Positions 46,324 through 56,345 of a stretch of 64,000 bases of DNA are shown one piece after another. The stretch covers positions 62,581-126,580 of the forward strand of contig JAHPZJ010000015.1 in the NCBI GenBank assembly GCA_019058245.1, read 5' to 3'. A model generated the notes under the pieces. It did no database searches and was not told the origin of the DNA. It saw only the letters and a list, made by a program, of their open reading frames with translations. Source of the DNA: Promethearchaeota archaeon. Lineage in GTDB: Archaea; Asgardarchaeota; Lokiarchaeia; Sigyniarchaeales; SOKP01. Each line of letters opens with the position of its first letter. Position 1 is the stretch's first letter. Made by a program: the position numbers and the translations under genes.

Positions 46324-46854
46324 TTACTTTTTGGAATTCTGTTTAATAATAAGTTGGGTTAATTTTGTGAAAGCTTCTTCAATATTCTCACCTGTTTTTG
46401 CGGAAGTTTCTATATAAATACTGTCTTGATTTTCAGCAAAATCTTTTACATTATCAAGATCAATCGCTCGATTTATATCTTTGACTAAGTCTAATTTATT
46501 ACCTATTATAATAAATGGAATTTTTTTATGCATAATTTCAAACATTTCTGAAAGCCATTGTTTTAAATCTTCATATGAGTTAAGGCTTGTAAGATCAAAA
46601 ATAAGCAAAGCACCATTAGTTCCTTCATAATATGATTTACGGAGAAATTTAAACTTTTCTTGTCCTGCAACATCCCATATAACAAGTTTAGCATAATACT
46701 TTTCATCTAAATTAATTTCTTTTGTTAAATAATTAATACCTATAGTGGTTATATAATCGTGAGAGAATTTATTTTTTACAAATCGATATAGGATACTAGT
46801 TTTGCCAACTGCAGGAGCCCCTAAAAGGAGTATTTTAAAATTATACTTTTTCAT
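46324..46854 (-). CDS. Rab-like small GTPase (likely ATG at 46854)
   Basis: GAPAVGKTS, TIG, WDVAGQE.F, GNKLD, ETSAKTG. Confidence 0.93.
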   Translation of the reverse strand: MKKYNFKILLLGAPAVGKTSILYRFVKNKFSHDYITTIGINYLTKEINLDEKYYAKLVIWDVAGQEKFKFLRKSYYEGTNGALLIFDLTSLNSYEDLKQWLSEMFEIMHKKIPFIIIGNKLDLVKDINRAIDLDNVKDFAENQDSIYIETSAKTGENIEEAFTKLTQLIIKQNSKK

Positions 46855-47059
46855 AAGAATTTCATTCAGAGATTTTCTAGTTTTTATTGAGTAAAACAAT
46901 AAACTTGTATATTTATTTATGTTATCTCAAGAGATAATTTTTCTTTTTGTTTAAAGCTAATTCATTTAATATTTCACACTAATAAAAATTTCATGATTTT
47001 TAAAAATATTTTAACTTAAAATCTTTAGGTTTAAATAAGTGTTTTATTTGATATAATCT

Positions 47060-50000
47060 ATGACGAAGCTAAAAAATAAAAATAAATCTATAGCCCTAAC
47101 AATAATTCTTTTTAGCTATTTTGTTATTCCATTTATAGGAATACAATTAGTTAATTCTAATCCTTATAGTCAAAATCAAAACATTAAAGTAGATACAAAC
47201 TCTTTAAAATCCGCAATTAAAAACTCTATCAATTCAAATGAGATTAATCAAGAGGATTTTTCAAGTATTAGTAATCTAAAATTTGATAGTGACCTTAATA
47301 AATTACTTACAAATTTGATTGAAACCCCAAAAAAAGAACAAAAAAGTATAAATGTTATTGTATCATTTGATGAATCTTTAAGTAAAGGAGAACGTATCCA
47401 AATCTTAGATTCTGTTTTTGATAATTATGAATTAAAAAATAATTACGATATAATTTCTGCTACTCATGTAAAAGTCAATCCAACTCAACTAATAATAAAG
47501 AGTGAATTAATAGAAGATTTAAATTCAATAAAAGAAATTCATGAATCGAAATTTTATCAATTACCTTATGTTAAAGATGATACTCTTCAATTAAGTGCTC
47601 TAAATAGTGAAGACTATCCTAATTGGTGGCTTCCAGCGATTGGAGCAGAAAGTCTGCCATACAACGGAACTGGGGTGAGGGTAGCAGTGATTGATACAGG
47701 AATATATCATCATCCTGATTTGAATATTGTAAAAGAACGTAATTTTGTTAGTGAAGAGGGGTCGAACGAATATAACGATCTTACTGGTCATGGAACCCAT
47801 GCCGCAGGAATTATTGCTGGTGATGGTGAGGGGTCTTCTGGAAAATATCGTGGTGTGGCTCCAGGTGCATTATTAATTAATGCGCGTGCGGGAAATGAGA
47901 GTGGATTAGCTGAAACAGATATTATAGCTGCAATTGATTGGAGCTCTAAACCAACGAGTCTAGGAGGAGCAGGCGCAGATATAATTTCTATGAGTTTTGG
48001 TGGAGGGTATCCTTATGTCTCTGATATTATAACGGATGCAATATCCAATGCTGCAGATGATTATGGTGTAATCTTTGTCGCATCAGCAGGTAATTCTGGT
48101 CCTCAATATTTTAGTGCTTCCAGTCCAGCATCAGGTAAAGATGTAATATCAGTAGGAGCTATTAATGAAAATAGAAGTTTAGCTTCTTTTAGTAGTTGGG
48201 GACCAACTTTTGGATATATTGGATATCCTGATGTTGTAGCACCTGGTGTTAATATCATCTCAACAGTAGCTAAAGGTTCTACATTTTCTCAAGAGGAACG
48301 TTATAAGGGTGATTATTTCGATTTTGCTGGTGATGCTGATTACAGTCCATTGAGTGGGACGAGTTTTTCTTGTCCAATGGTTGCGGGATCATTAGCAATT
48401 CTCTTAGAAGCCTATCCTAATATAACACCTGAGACTGCGAGGATAGCTTTATTAGAAGGAGCTAGGCCACTCATAGACGAAAATGAAGATGATATTCTTA
48501 AATCAGGAGCTGGTATAATAAACGTCACTGCTTCTTTAAATTATTTAGAAACTATTTCTCCTGCTTATAATGATACTGCAAAGATTTATCCAGATAATCT
48601 CCCTGTTAAACCTTATGATTTACTACATTTTCCTGGAGACCACCAAAAATTTAATTTAACTGTGATTTCTGGCGATTCTAATACTTTTAATCTTGAAATC
48701 CCAAATAACATTCAAGGTATATCTCTTTCCACTGATAAATCTACATTAATTTTTTCAGAAGCCGGAGTTGATTTTATAGAACTTGATATTGAAATAGAAC
48801 AGAACGCTATTCCGGAGATAAAAATGTTTCAAATAAATCTTACATCTGGGATAAAAATCTATGATAATATAAATATAACATTAGATATTCGGTTGCCAGA
48901 ATATCGAATTCTAATGGAATCTTATCATGGATTAAATGATTGGTTTGCTGATGAAGATATTGGATATACATATTACCAGATGGGATTCTATGAAGCTATG
49001 AATGATCTTACTGAATTGAACATCTCTATTGACTATAGTATGGAATATTGGACTCCTGATTATAATAGGAATATTAATAATTCCTTACTGACGGAAGAAA
49101 GGTTAGCACAATATGATATAGTAATTTTACAAAATCCAATTTTGCCTTATAGTCCAAGTGAAATAAGAAATTTAGAAACTTACTTCAACAATGGAGGTAA
49201 TCTACTATTTTTAGGCACTAGATCTCAAGATTTGATTGTAGAGAATGTTAATTATCTTTTCTCAAGATTGGGAATTGATATTCAAGTCAATGAAGAAAAT
49301 GTATTAGATGACGAGTGGTTGGGCATAGGTGCGAGTGTAAGTTCTCAAAATGTACATAATTTTAATGATTCGAGGATCTTTAATAATGTTTCTCAATTTT
49401 ATTGGTTTTATGGTAATACTTTTACAATATCAGATAATGCTCATTCTATTGCTACTATTGATAATAAGACCGTAGTGGCACTTTATGATGGTACAGAACA
49501 AGCTAAAGGAAAAGTATTAGCTTTTGGAGATTTGTATTGGCTCTACGATCAATATGATGCTAGTTCGTTTGCTCAAGATCATCATAATTTATTGACAAAT
49601 ATAATTGATTTTTTGCTACCATCAGATGAAATATCTATAAACATTGATTTAGGAAAAGAAAGCAATTCAAATTCGCAAAACAAAATATCTATTTCTATAA
49701 AAAACCAAACCTCTGAAACACCCATTACTGATAGTGATTATAGTTCCTTGAGTGTGATGATTAAAAATGGAATATTTCAAGGTCCGATTTTATTAAATAC
49801 CTCAAAAGCAAGTGAAGGAATCTATTTTAATAATTCCTTTAATTTGCCTATTACTAGTAGTACACCTTATACGATAATTGTAGATCTAATGGTTGATTCA
49901 AAAGAATTTAATAAAACAACAAAAATACTATATTATGATTATAATGCTCTGCCAAAAATTAGTGAAATATCATTAAGTAAGTCATCAATTACTAGAGCTA

Positions 50001-51052
50001 ACAATCAACAAAATTATATCATCGCAGAATTAGATACTGGTTTATATAATGATTTTAAAGGATATCTTTCTATATATTCTTACTCGTTCTATAACTCTAA
50101 ACAATCTACCAATAAAACATTAACATTCAGTTATTTAGGATCGGGAAATAATTATAGTGAAACATTTAATCCAGAAGTAACAGATCCCTCAGGATATGCG
50201 ATATTCTATTTAGAACCTTTAAATTCTAACTATTCAACTTCAAACTCACCAAGAATTTCTTTTAAAATTGAAAATAATCCTCCAGAAATCTTGAATGAGA
50301 GTTCTAGTTTTGATTCTAATACTTTTGCCAATACTGAGACTGGAGGTAAAACAAATGTTTATAGGTTTAATCAAGGTAAAACCCTAAATTTTGTAGTAGA
50401 TGTAAGAGATACAGTTAATTATGAGGATAGTCCATCTAACATGAGAGTCTTTATTAATCTCTTTATAACAGTGGCAAAAGAGAGTGGACATATTATACTT
50501 ATCTATCCAGATGTTATTGATGTTGCTGAGTTAACCTATCAAACAAGCTCTAATAAATATCAAGGTAGTTTTAGTATTCCAAATACGATGATATATAGCA
50601 CAATTTCAGGAACAAAATCTATCTCAACCACTACTAACTTTGATTCAACCTCAAATTCTGGATATCTAGGGATATTACTTATTACTGTATATGATAGTGA
50701 AGGAGGATATGATGATTTTATTATAGTAATACTTATTTCAGGGGCATTATTTGACTTTTCTTCTCTTATATACATTATTCCGATAGTAATTGGGATTATT
50801 GCAGTTGTTAGTATCCTTATCTATTTTGTAAGAAGACAAAAACGGGTGAAAGTTTCTGAATACCAACCAAGATATCAAGATTATTATTATGAACCATCTT
50901 ATGAAAAATCTGAAACAACTTATATAACACCCGAACCTTTATCCAATCTTAAACAATTTTATTGCCCCTTCTGTGGGCAATTTATCGCACAACCCAAAAA
51001 ATTCTGTCCTAGATGTGGAGAAGCTCTTTCTTTTACTGAGCAAAACGAATAA
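47060..51052 (+). CDS. Membrane-anchored S8 subtilase with prodomain, GATase-like domain, TM and cytoplasmic zinc ribbon
   Basis: Catalytic motifs VIDTG, GHGTHAAG, SAGNSG, SGTSFSCP; YDIVIL..P...YS..E...L..Y...GG.LL domain; C-terminal TM; CPFCG-x8-CPRCG. Confidence 0.92.
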   Translation: MTKLKNKNKSIALTIILFSYFVIPFIGIQLVNSNPYSQNQNIKVDTNSLKSAIKNSINSNEINQEDFSSISNLKFDSDLNKLLTNLIETPKKEQKSINVIVSFDESLSKGERIQILDSVFDNYELKNNYDIISATHVKVNPTQLIIKSELIEDLNSIKEIHESKFYQLPYVKDDTLQLSALNSEDYPNWWLPAIGAESLPYNGTGVRVAVIDTGIYHHPDLNIVKERNFVSEEGSNEYNDLTGHGTHAAGIIAGDGEGSSGKYRGVAPGALLINARAGNESGLAETDIIAAIDWSSKPTSLGGAGADIISMSFGGGYPYVSDIITDAISNAADDYGVIFVASAGNSGPQYFSASSPASGKDVISVGAINENRSLASFSSWGPTFGYIGYPDVVAPGVNIISTVAKGSTFSQEERYKGDYFDFAGDADYSPLSGTSFSCPMVAGSLAILLEAYPNITPETARIALLEGARPLIDENEDDILKSGAGIINVTASLNYLETISPAYNDTAKIYPDNLPVKPYDLLHFPGDHQKFNLTVISGDSNTFNLEIPNNIQGISLSTDKSTLIFSEAGVDFIELDIEIEQNAIPEIKMFQINLTSGIKIYDNINITLDIRLPEYRILMESYHGLNDWFADEDIGYTYYQMGFYEAMNDLTELNISIDYSMEYWTPDYNRNINNSLLTEERLAQYDIVILQNPILPYSPSEIRNLETYFNNGGNLLFLGTRSQDLIVENVNYLFSRLGIDIQVNEENVLDDEWLGIGASVSSQNVHNFNDSRIFNNVSQFYWFYGNTFTISDNAHSIATIDNKTVVALYDGTEQAKGKVLAFGDLYWLYDQYDASSFAQDHHNLLTNIIDFLLPSDEISINIDLGKESNSNSQNKISISIKNQTSETPITDSDYSSLSVMIKNGIFQGPILLNTSKASEGIYFNNSFNLPITSSTPYTIIVDLMVDSKEFNKTTKILYYDYNALPKISEISLSKSSITRANNQQNYIIAELDTGLYNDFKGYLSIYSYSFYNSKQSTNKTLTFSYLGSGNNYSETFNPEVTDPSGYAIFYLEPLNSNYSTSNSPRISFKIENNPPEILNESSSFDSNTFANTETGGKTNVYRFNQGKTLNFVVDVRDTVNYEDSPSNMRVFINLFITVAKESGHIILIYPDVIDVAELTYQTSSNKYQGSFSIPNTMIYSTISGTKSISTTTNFDSTSNSGYLGILLITVYDSEGGYDDFIIVILISGALFDFSSLIYIIPIVIGIIAVVSILIYFVRRQKRVKVSEYQPRYQDYYYEPSYEKSETTYITPEPLSNLKQFYCPFCGQFIAQPKKFCPRCGEALSFTEQNE

Positions 51053-51073
51053 TACTTTAAATTCTATTTTTTT

Positions 51074-51790
51074 TTATTTGGTAAGTGTTAATACCTTTCC
51101 ATCTTCTAGTCCAACATATACTTTAGAAGTAATATCAATAAATAAGCCTGTATCAACAATGCCAGGTATATTTAATAATTTCATATTCAGCTCACTTGGA
51201 TTGCTAAGTCCACCAAAGTTTACATCTATAATAAAATTTCCATTATCACTAATTAAAGGACCACTTTTGGATTGAGCCATACGTAGAATTGGTTTTCCTC
51301 CTAACTTTTTTAATTTTTCCATTATTGGAAAATAAGCCATAGGGATAACCTCAATCGGAATTCCCCGTTTCCAATTAGTACCTAAAGTATCAGATTTTTT
51401 TCTAAAATCCACAATTATAATAAGTTGTTTTGAATTTGAAGCAATAATTTTTTCTTGTACTAAGCACCCTCCACCACCTTTAATCAAATTAAGATCTTTA
51501 TCAACTTCATCAGCACCATCAAAGTCTATGTCTATATTTGGATACATCTCTAAAGATACTAACTGTAAATCATTTTGTATTATTAACTGATAAGCTTGAA
51601 ACGAGCTTGGTATGCATTTTATATTTAAAGTATTTTCTTTATTGATTTCACCCAATCTTTTCACTGCATATACAACTGTAGAACCACTACCAATCCCTAC
51701 GATCATATCCTTTTTAATATTTTCTTCCACAGCTTTTATTGCTGCGTTCTTTTTTCCTAATTCTACTAAATCTTCAGACAATTTTATCAA
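51074..51790 (-). CDS. rpiA: Ribose-5-phosphate isomerase A
   Basis: GIGSGST, DGADEVD, IKGGGG...QEKI. Confidence 0.96.
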   Translation of the reverse strand: MIKLSEDLVELGKKNAAIKAVEENIKKDMIVGIGSGSTVVYAVKRLGEINKENTLNIKCIPSSFQAYQLIIQNDLQLVSLEMYPNIDIDFDGADEVDKDLNLIKGGGGCLVQEKIIASNSKQLIIIVDFRKKSDTLGTNWKRGIPIEVIPMAYFPIMEKLKKLGGKPILRMAQSKSGPLISDNGNFIIDVNFGGLSNPSELNMKLLNIPGIVDTGLFIDITSKVYVGLEDGKVLTLTK

Positions 51791-51797
51791 ATAGAGA

Positions 51798-52244
51798 TTA
51801 TAATTTTAATAGATTCAATATTCTGATTGCTAAAAATGCGGCATTATCCCCCCTATCAATACCAACACATGCAACAGGAACTCCAGGAGGCATTTGAACA
51901 ATTGATAATAAGGCATCTAATCCTCCTAATTTAGCATTTACCGGTACGCCTATAACAGGTTTATTAGTTTTTGATGCAATTACTCCTGGTAAAGCAGCAG
52001 AAAGTCCAGCAACAGCAATATATAGTAATGATTCAGAATTATTTAAATATTCATCTAATAGTTCTGGATTTCTATGAGCAGAAATAATTTTAAGGTCATA
52101 TTTTATATTATTATCTTTTAAAACTTTTTCTGCTTTTTCATAAACTTCTTTATCTGAAGTACTTCCTGCAATTATAGAGATTAATGGTTTATTTATAGAA
52201 CCATTGTTTTTATAGGACATAAATAATCTAAAATTTCTAGGCAT
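51798..52244 (-). CDS. purE: PurE (AIR carboxylase / N5-CAIR mutase)
   Basis: GS.SD, SAHR.P, AG..AALPGV.A, GLDALLS.VQMP.GVPV. Confidence 0.95.
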   Translation of the reverse strand: MPRNFRLFMSYKNNGSINKPLISIIAGSTSDKEVYEKAEKVLKDNNIKYDLKIISAHRNPELLDEYLNNSESLLYIAVAGLSAALPGVIASKTNKPVIGVPVNAKLGGLDALLSIVQMPPGVPVACVGIDRGDNAAFLAIRILNLLKL

Positions 52245-52445
52245 AAAAATAATGCTAGTTATTTTTTAATATGAACACTGAAAAATATCTAATTAACTAT
52301 TTTTTATTTGTTTTAAATTTGTTTATAATTACCATTTTAGGGAATTATAAAAAAGTTTAATATTTTTTTAACACTTCCTAATTTAAAATTTAAAATTTTT
52401 AAAAATAAATTAGTAAAATAACTAAAAATTGAGGGATAATATATA

Positions 52446-53735
52446 ATGGAAATGAAAGAGGTATGGCTAATTGATTATGCAAGAACTGCTTTTTCACGTT
52501 CAAGACCAAGACAACCAGAGAGAGATGTTTTCGGGGAAATTCGCGGTGATGAACTTCTTGCTACATTATTAATGGAATTTTTTGAATCACCTAAATACTT
52601 GGGAAATAAACCTGTTGAGAAAAAGGATATTGAAGAATTTACTGTAGGAAGTGCAATGGGTGTGTATGAAGCATGGACATATGGTGGCAGAATTCCACTA
52701 TTCTTAGCTGATTTTCCTGTTCATGTACCTGGTTTGTTTGTTGATAGACAATGTGGATCGGCAGGGTCTGGTATGCATGTAGGGATAATGGAAATTATGA
52801 CAGGTAATAGTAAAATCTGTTTAGCAGGGGGTGTTGAACACATGACTCGTATTCCAATGCAAAATGACCATGTCAATGCAAATTTGAATATTGTTAATAA
52901 AAAAAGTAAATGGTATAGACCCCAATATGATTTAATGAATGCTATCAATATGATTCAAACGGCTCAAAAATTATATGAACAAGAAGTTCCTGCTTTTACA
53001 AAGGAAGACTTAGACAAATTTGGTGTAAGAGCACATAATTTGACAGTAAAAAATACCGAAGATGGTTGGTTTAAAGGTGAAATCATTCCTGTTGAAGGTC
53101 ATGTCGAAGGTAATGTAGAAGAGCCAATGATGGTTGATCATGACATGGCGGCTAGAAAATCTACTTTGGAGGCAGTTGCGGGATTACCTAGACTTTCGAG
53201 ACCCTTTTATCTAGAGAAAAATGGCGGTAAAGAAGGTTATATGGAAAGGGAAGGAACCGATAAGGGAGTTATTACTCCTGGAAATTCTTCACCTCTTAAT
53301 GCGGGAGCCACTACATGCCTTATAATGGAAGCAGAGGAAGCCAAGAAAAGAGGACTTGAACCTATGGCTAGAATTGTATCAATTGGATGGGCTGGCGTAG
53401 ATCCTAGTGTTATGGGGAGAGGTCCAGTACCCGCTACGCAAAAAGCTTTAGATTTTGCGGGATTAAAGGCTGATGATATTGACTTTTGGGAAATAAATGA
53501 GGCATTCACAATTGTAACTCTCAACTGTATGAAGGCATTTAATATTCCTGAAGAAAAGGTTAATGTTATGGGGGGATCAACAGCAATTGGACATCCATTA
53601 GGCTCAACAATGATAAGATTACCAGGGACTCTCGCCCGAATTTTAAAAGATAACAAGGCTAAATATGGTGTTGCTAACGCCTGTTGTGGAGGAGGTCAAG
53701 GCGTTGCTACTATATTAGAGAATTTAGATGCTTAA
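52446..53735 (+). CDS. Acetyl-CoA C-acyltransferase (thiolase)
   Basis: RQCGS, NEAF, GHPLG, CCGGGQG. Confidence 0.95.
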   Translation: MEMKEVWLIDYARTAFSRSRPRQPERDVFGEIRGDELLATLLMEFFESPKYLGNKPVEKKDIEEFTVGSAMGVYEAWTYGGRIPLFLADFPVHVPGLFVDRQCGSAGSGMHVGIMEIMTGNSKICLAGGVEHMTRIPMQNDHVNANLNIVNKKSKWYRPQYDLMNAINMIQTAQKLYEQEVPAFTKEDLDKFGVRAHNLTVKNTEDGWFKGEIIPVEGHVEGNVEEPMMVDHDMAARKSTLEAVAGLPRLSRPFYLEKNGGKEGYMEREGTDKGVITPGNSSPLNAGATTCLIMEAEEAKKRGLEPMARIVSIGWAGVDPSVMGRGPVPATQKALDFAGLKADDIDFWEINEAFTIVTLNCMKAFNIPEEKVNVMGGSTAIGHPLGSTMIRLPGTLARILKDNKAKYGVANACCGGGQGVATILENLDA

Positions 53736-53901
53736 ATTCATTAAAATTTAAATTTTTAATTTTTTTCTTTATTTTACTATTTGCATTGATATTTGTATTT
53801 TTATATTACAACTCTTTTTTTATACGTTTTCTGCGAAATATTTAAATATTAAACTATAACAAATAAACTTACAAAGAAAATAAATTAGATGTGAAATTAA
53901 A

Positions 53902-54108
53902 ATGACCGTTTATAAAAGTATTCAATTAGTTGGAACCTCTGATAAGAATTGGGCAGAGGCCGTAAAGAATTGTTACGAAGAAGCCAAGAAATCTCTCCGT
54001 GGTATCCGAAACATACAAATTGTTGAATCAGATGTAAAAGTAAAAGAAGACATTGATAAATTGATATATAGGGTTCGGGTTCAAGTAAATTTCCAATTAG
54101 AAAGATAA
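53902..54108 (+). CDS. Dodecin family flavin-binding protein
   Basis: VYK.I.LVGTS...W.EAV....EA.KSLR.I...YRV...V.F. Confidence 0.92.
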   Translation: MTVYKSIQLVGTSDKNWAEAVKNCYEEAKKSLRGIRNIQIVESDVKVKEDIDKLIYRVRVQVNFQLER

Positions 54109-54225
54109 AAAAATTTTTTAACCAATTTTTTTTAATATTATATTACCTATAATTTTGATCTATGGTTAAATTTTAAAAGTAACGAATATTATTTAGATTT
54201 TAATAGTAATAAGAAAGGGGCAAAT

Positions 54226-54360
54226 ATGTTTCAGTCATTTGGTGATATCTTAGATATTTTATCTGACCCAATTGTTCTTCGATATCTTATCGGTGGTATA
54301 GTAGTTATAATAGTCATAATTGTATGCTATGCGATTCATAAGAAATTGATGGAGGATTAA
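54226..54360 (+). CDS. Small 44-aa single-TM protein (not in ORF track)
   Basis: MFQSFGDILDILSDPIVLRYLIGGIVVIIVIIVCYAIHKKLMED*; AAGGGG SD-like motif upstream. Confidence 0.7.
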   Translation: MFQSFGDILDILSDPIVLRYLIGGIVVIIVIIVCYAIHKKLMED

Positions 54361-54381
54361 TTTCTTCAATTACTTTTGATA

Positions 54382-54909
54382 TCATTCTCTTTTCTTCTTA
54401 TATTTTAAGTCATCTAATATACGTCTTACTTGAGATCTTGCTTCTAATGCATATTTGAAATCCGAATCGACTTCTAATACTTTCTCATAATAATCTAAAG
54501 CTTCATTATATTTTCCTAAAGCCTCACAGACCAATCCTAGATTATAAAGACAATACTTATAATCTGGTTTGATTTTTAAAGCCTTTTTGAAAGATTTCTT
54601 AGCATTCTCAATTTTCCCTAAATTAAAATAAGCTAATCCCAAATTATAACATGCTCGATAATTTTTTGGGCTTAGAATGGTAATTCTCTCAAAACATTGT
54701 TTAGCTTTTTCATATTCAATTGTATAATCATCATTTAGATATCCTCCATAATCAAATAATATTTCTATTAACAACTCTTTAATTTCTTCAGAATTAGGAA
54801 AATCTTCAAATAATTTTTCAATAATTTTTAAGGCTTCTTCATAATTTTCTTGATTCTTTAAATCTTTAACTTTTTCAATAAGTTCCTTAACATCTTTTAA
54901 GTTTGTCAT
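54382..54909 (-). CDS. TPR-repeat protein
   Basis: Repeated YNLG..Y..LG....A...F/Y.KAL...P units. Confidence 0.9.
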   Translation of the reverse strand: MTNLKDVKELIEKVKDLKNQENYEEALKIIEKLFEDFPNSEEIKELLIEILFDYGGYLNDDYTIEYEKAKQCFERITILSPKNYRACYNLGLAYFNLGKIENAKKSFKKALKIKPDYKYCLYNLGLVCEALGKYNEALDYYEKVLEVDSDFKYALEARSQVRRILDDLKYKKKRE

Positions 54910-54950
54910 GAAAAATTTTCACTTTTTTTAAGAAAAGAATAGAATCTTAA

Positions 54951-55448
54951 TTAAATTTCATTTTCATACCAAATATATCGTGATTTCTTAATTCCAAGTT
55001 TTAGGAAAAGACTTCTTGAAGCACCATCAGAATCAGGACATATAAAAAATACTTTATCAAGTTTTAGCGTTCTCTTAATATATAATTGTAATTCTCGGAT
55101 TATTTTCTCTTCAATACCTAATTTAAATGAATCATTCTTTCTAGTAATAACTTGATGGATTAGTACTCTATCATTTCCTAAATAATCTCTAGAAAGGGTA
55201 TACGTTCCAAAACCTAAAATTTTTCCATCTTCTTTTGCAATAACCATTGAATTTCTATATTGAAGATCTAGGGTCCTCCGATTTAATTCTTCTTCAAACT
55301 TTTCCCAATGAGAGAAGAAATATGCTTTATTCGCGATAAATTCTTTAAAAATTTCTTGTAATGCTTCTTTATCCTTTCTAGGGTCGTATCTGTCGATAAC
55401 AATCAATTTTTTCACCGATAAAATATTGATATTTAACAGAATATCCAT
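54951..55448 (-). CDS. GNAT-fold protein (divergent)
   Basis: IAKEDGKILGF, LIHQV.T and A..LF.KLG GNAT-like elements. Confidence 0.6.
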   Translation of the reverse strand: MDILLNINILSVKKLIVIDRYDPRKDKEALQEIFKEFIANKAYFFSHWEKFEEELNRRTLDLQYRNSMVIAKEDGKILGFGTYTLSRDYLGNDRVLIHQVITRKNDSFKLGIEEKIIRELQLYIKRTLKLDKVFFICPDSDGASRSLFLKLGIKKSRYIWYENEI

Positions 55449-55490
55449 TCTTTAATAAAAATTTTTTTTTAAGACTAAAGATAATTTAAA

Positions 55491-56015
55491 ATGATATATA
55501 TGAGCAATAAAAATAATGAGGAAATAATTTCAGTTCCTTTAAAGAAATTAAGAGAAGGTGTTATTATCCCAAAACCTTCAAAATTAGGAGATGCAGGTGC
55601 CGATGCACGAATTATGGGATTTAAAAAGATTATTTTTGAAAATAATAAAAAAGAACTTATTGAAGTAGATGCGGATACTTATACATTGGAACCTCTAGAG
55701 AGAATTGGTTGTCCATTAGGATTTTCAACAGCAATACCCACAGGTTTTTATTTTAAAGTAGTTCCTCGAAGTGGACTAGCATTATGGGAGGGGTTATCCA
55801 TTGTAAATTCTCCGGGCACAATTGATGCGGGATATAGAAATGAATGGATGGTAATAGTAGTAAACTTATCTAATAAAAAGGTTACATTGAAGAAAGGAGA
55901 AAGGATTTGTCAAATCATTCTATCTAAGTTATATAATTATAAATTTGTTGAAACGGATAATCTTACTGGATCAGAACGTGGACAAGGAGGATTTGGCTCA
56001 ACAGGTAAAAAATAA
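55491..56015 (+). CDS. dut: Trimeric dUTPase
   Basis: AG.D, PRSGLA, GTID..YR, ERICQ, RG.GGFGSTG motifs. Confidence 0.95.
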   Translation: MIYMSNKNNEEIISVPLKKLREGVIIPKPSKLGDAGADARIMGFKKIIFENNKKELIEVDADTYTLEPLERIGCPLGFSTAIPTGFYFKVVPRSGLALWEGLSIVNSPGTIDAGYRNEWMVIVVNLSNKKVTLKKGERICQIILSKLYNYKFVETDNLTGSERGQGGFGSTGKK

Positions 56016-56054
56016 GTGCAAAATTATAAATATTTTAAAAGAAAAAATTATAAT

Positions 56055-56276
56055 ATGGCTGATTTATCTAAAGAAGAAATATTTATAATTGAAAAGATAA
56101 AAGAGCATGGAGGCAAAATTAATTATAAAGAATTGCAAGCTTTTTGTGAAGAAAAATTTGAAGGGGTGAGACTTATTTTAAAAAAATTAAAGGAAAAAAC
56201 ATACGTTGATTATGACGGTATGATCCCTAGTTTTTCTGCTGAAATAGAATTAATAAGAGATAAAGAAATTTCATAA
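56055..56276 (+). CDS. Small winged-helix protein (likely ATG at 56055)
   Basis: LSKEE..I...I...GG.I..KEL.......V..ILKKL.EK..V. Confidence 0.65.
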   Translation: MADLSKEEIFIIEKIKEHGGKINYKELQAFCEEKFEGVRLILKKLKEKTYVDYDGMIPSFSAEIELIRDKEIS

Positions 56277-56345
56277 ATTTTTCAATAATAATCTTTTTGT
56301 TATTTTATTAATTTTCATTATTAACAATACAGTTTAAAATATCTT

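Noticed and set aside
53237-53656. 139-aa minus-strand ORF, and similar 60-130 aa antisense or alternate-frame ORFs at 1751, 4180, 4741, 7665, 8292, 9039, 11151, 11772, 41379, 43071, 50973 and others
   Set aside because: They overlap well-supported genes and are typical shadow ORFs
56055-56276. Small wHTH as an ESCRT-II (Vps25/22/36)-like subunit
   Set aside because: Single short wHTH with no ESCRT gene context; cannot be distinguished from a generic wHTH by eye
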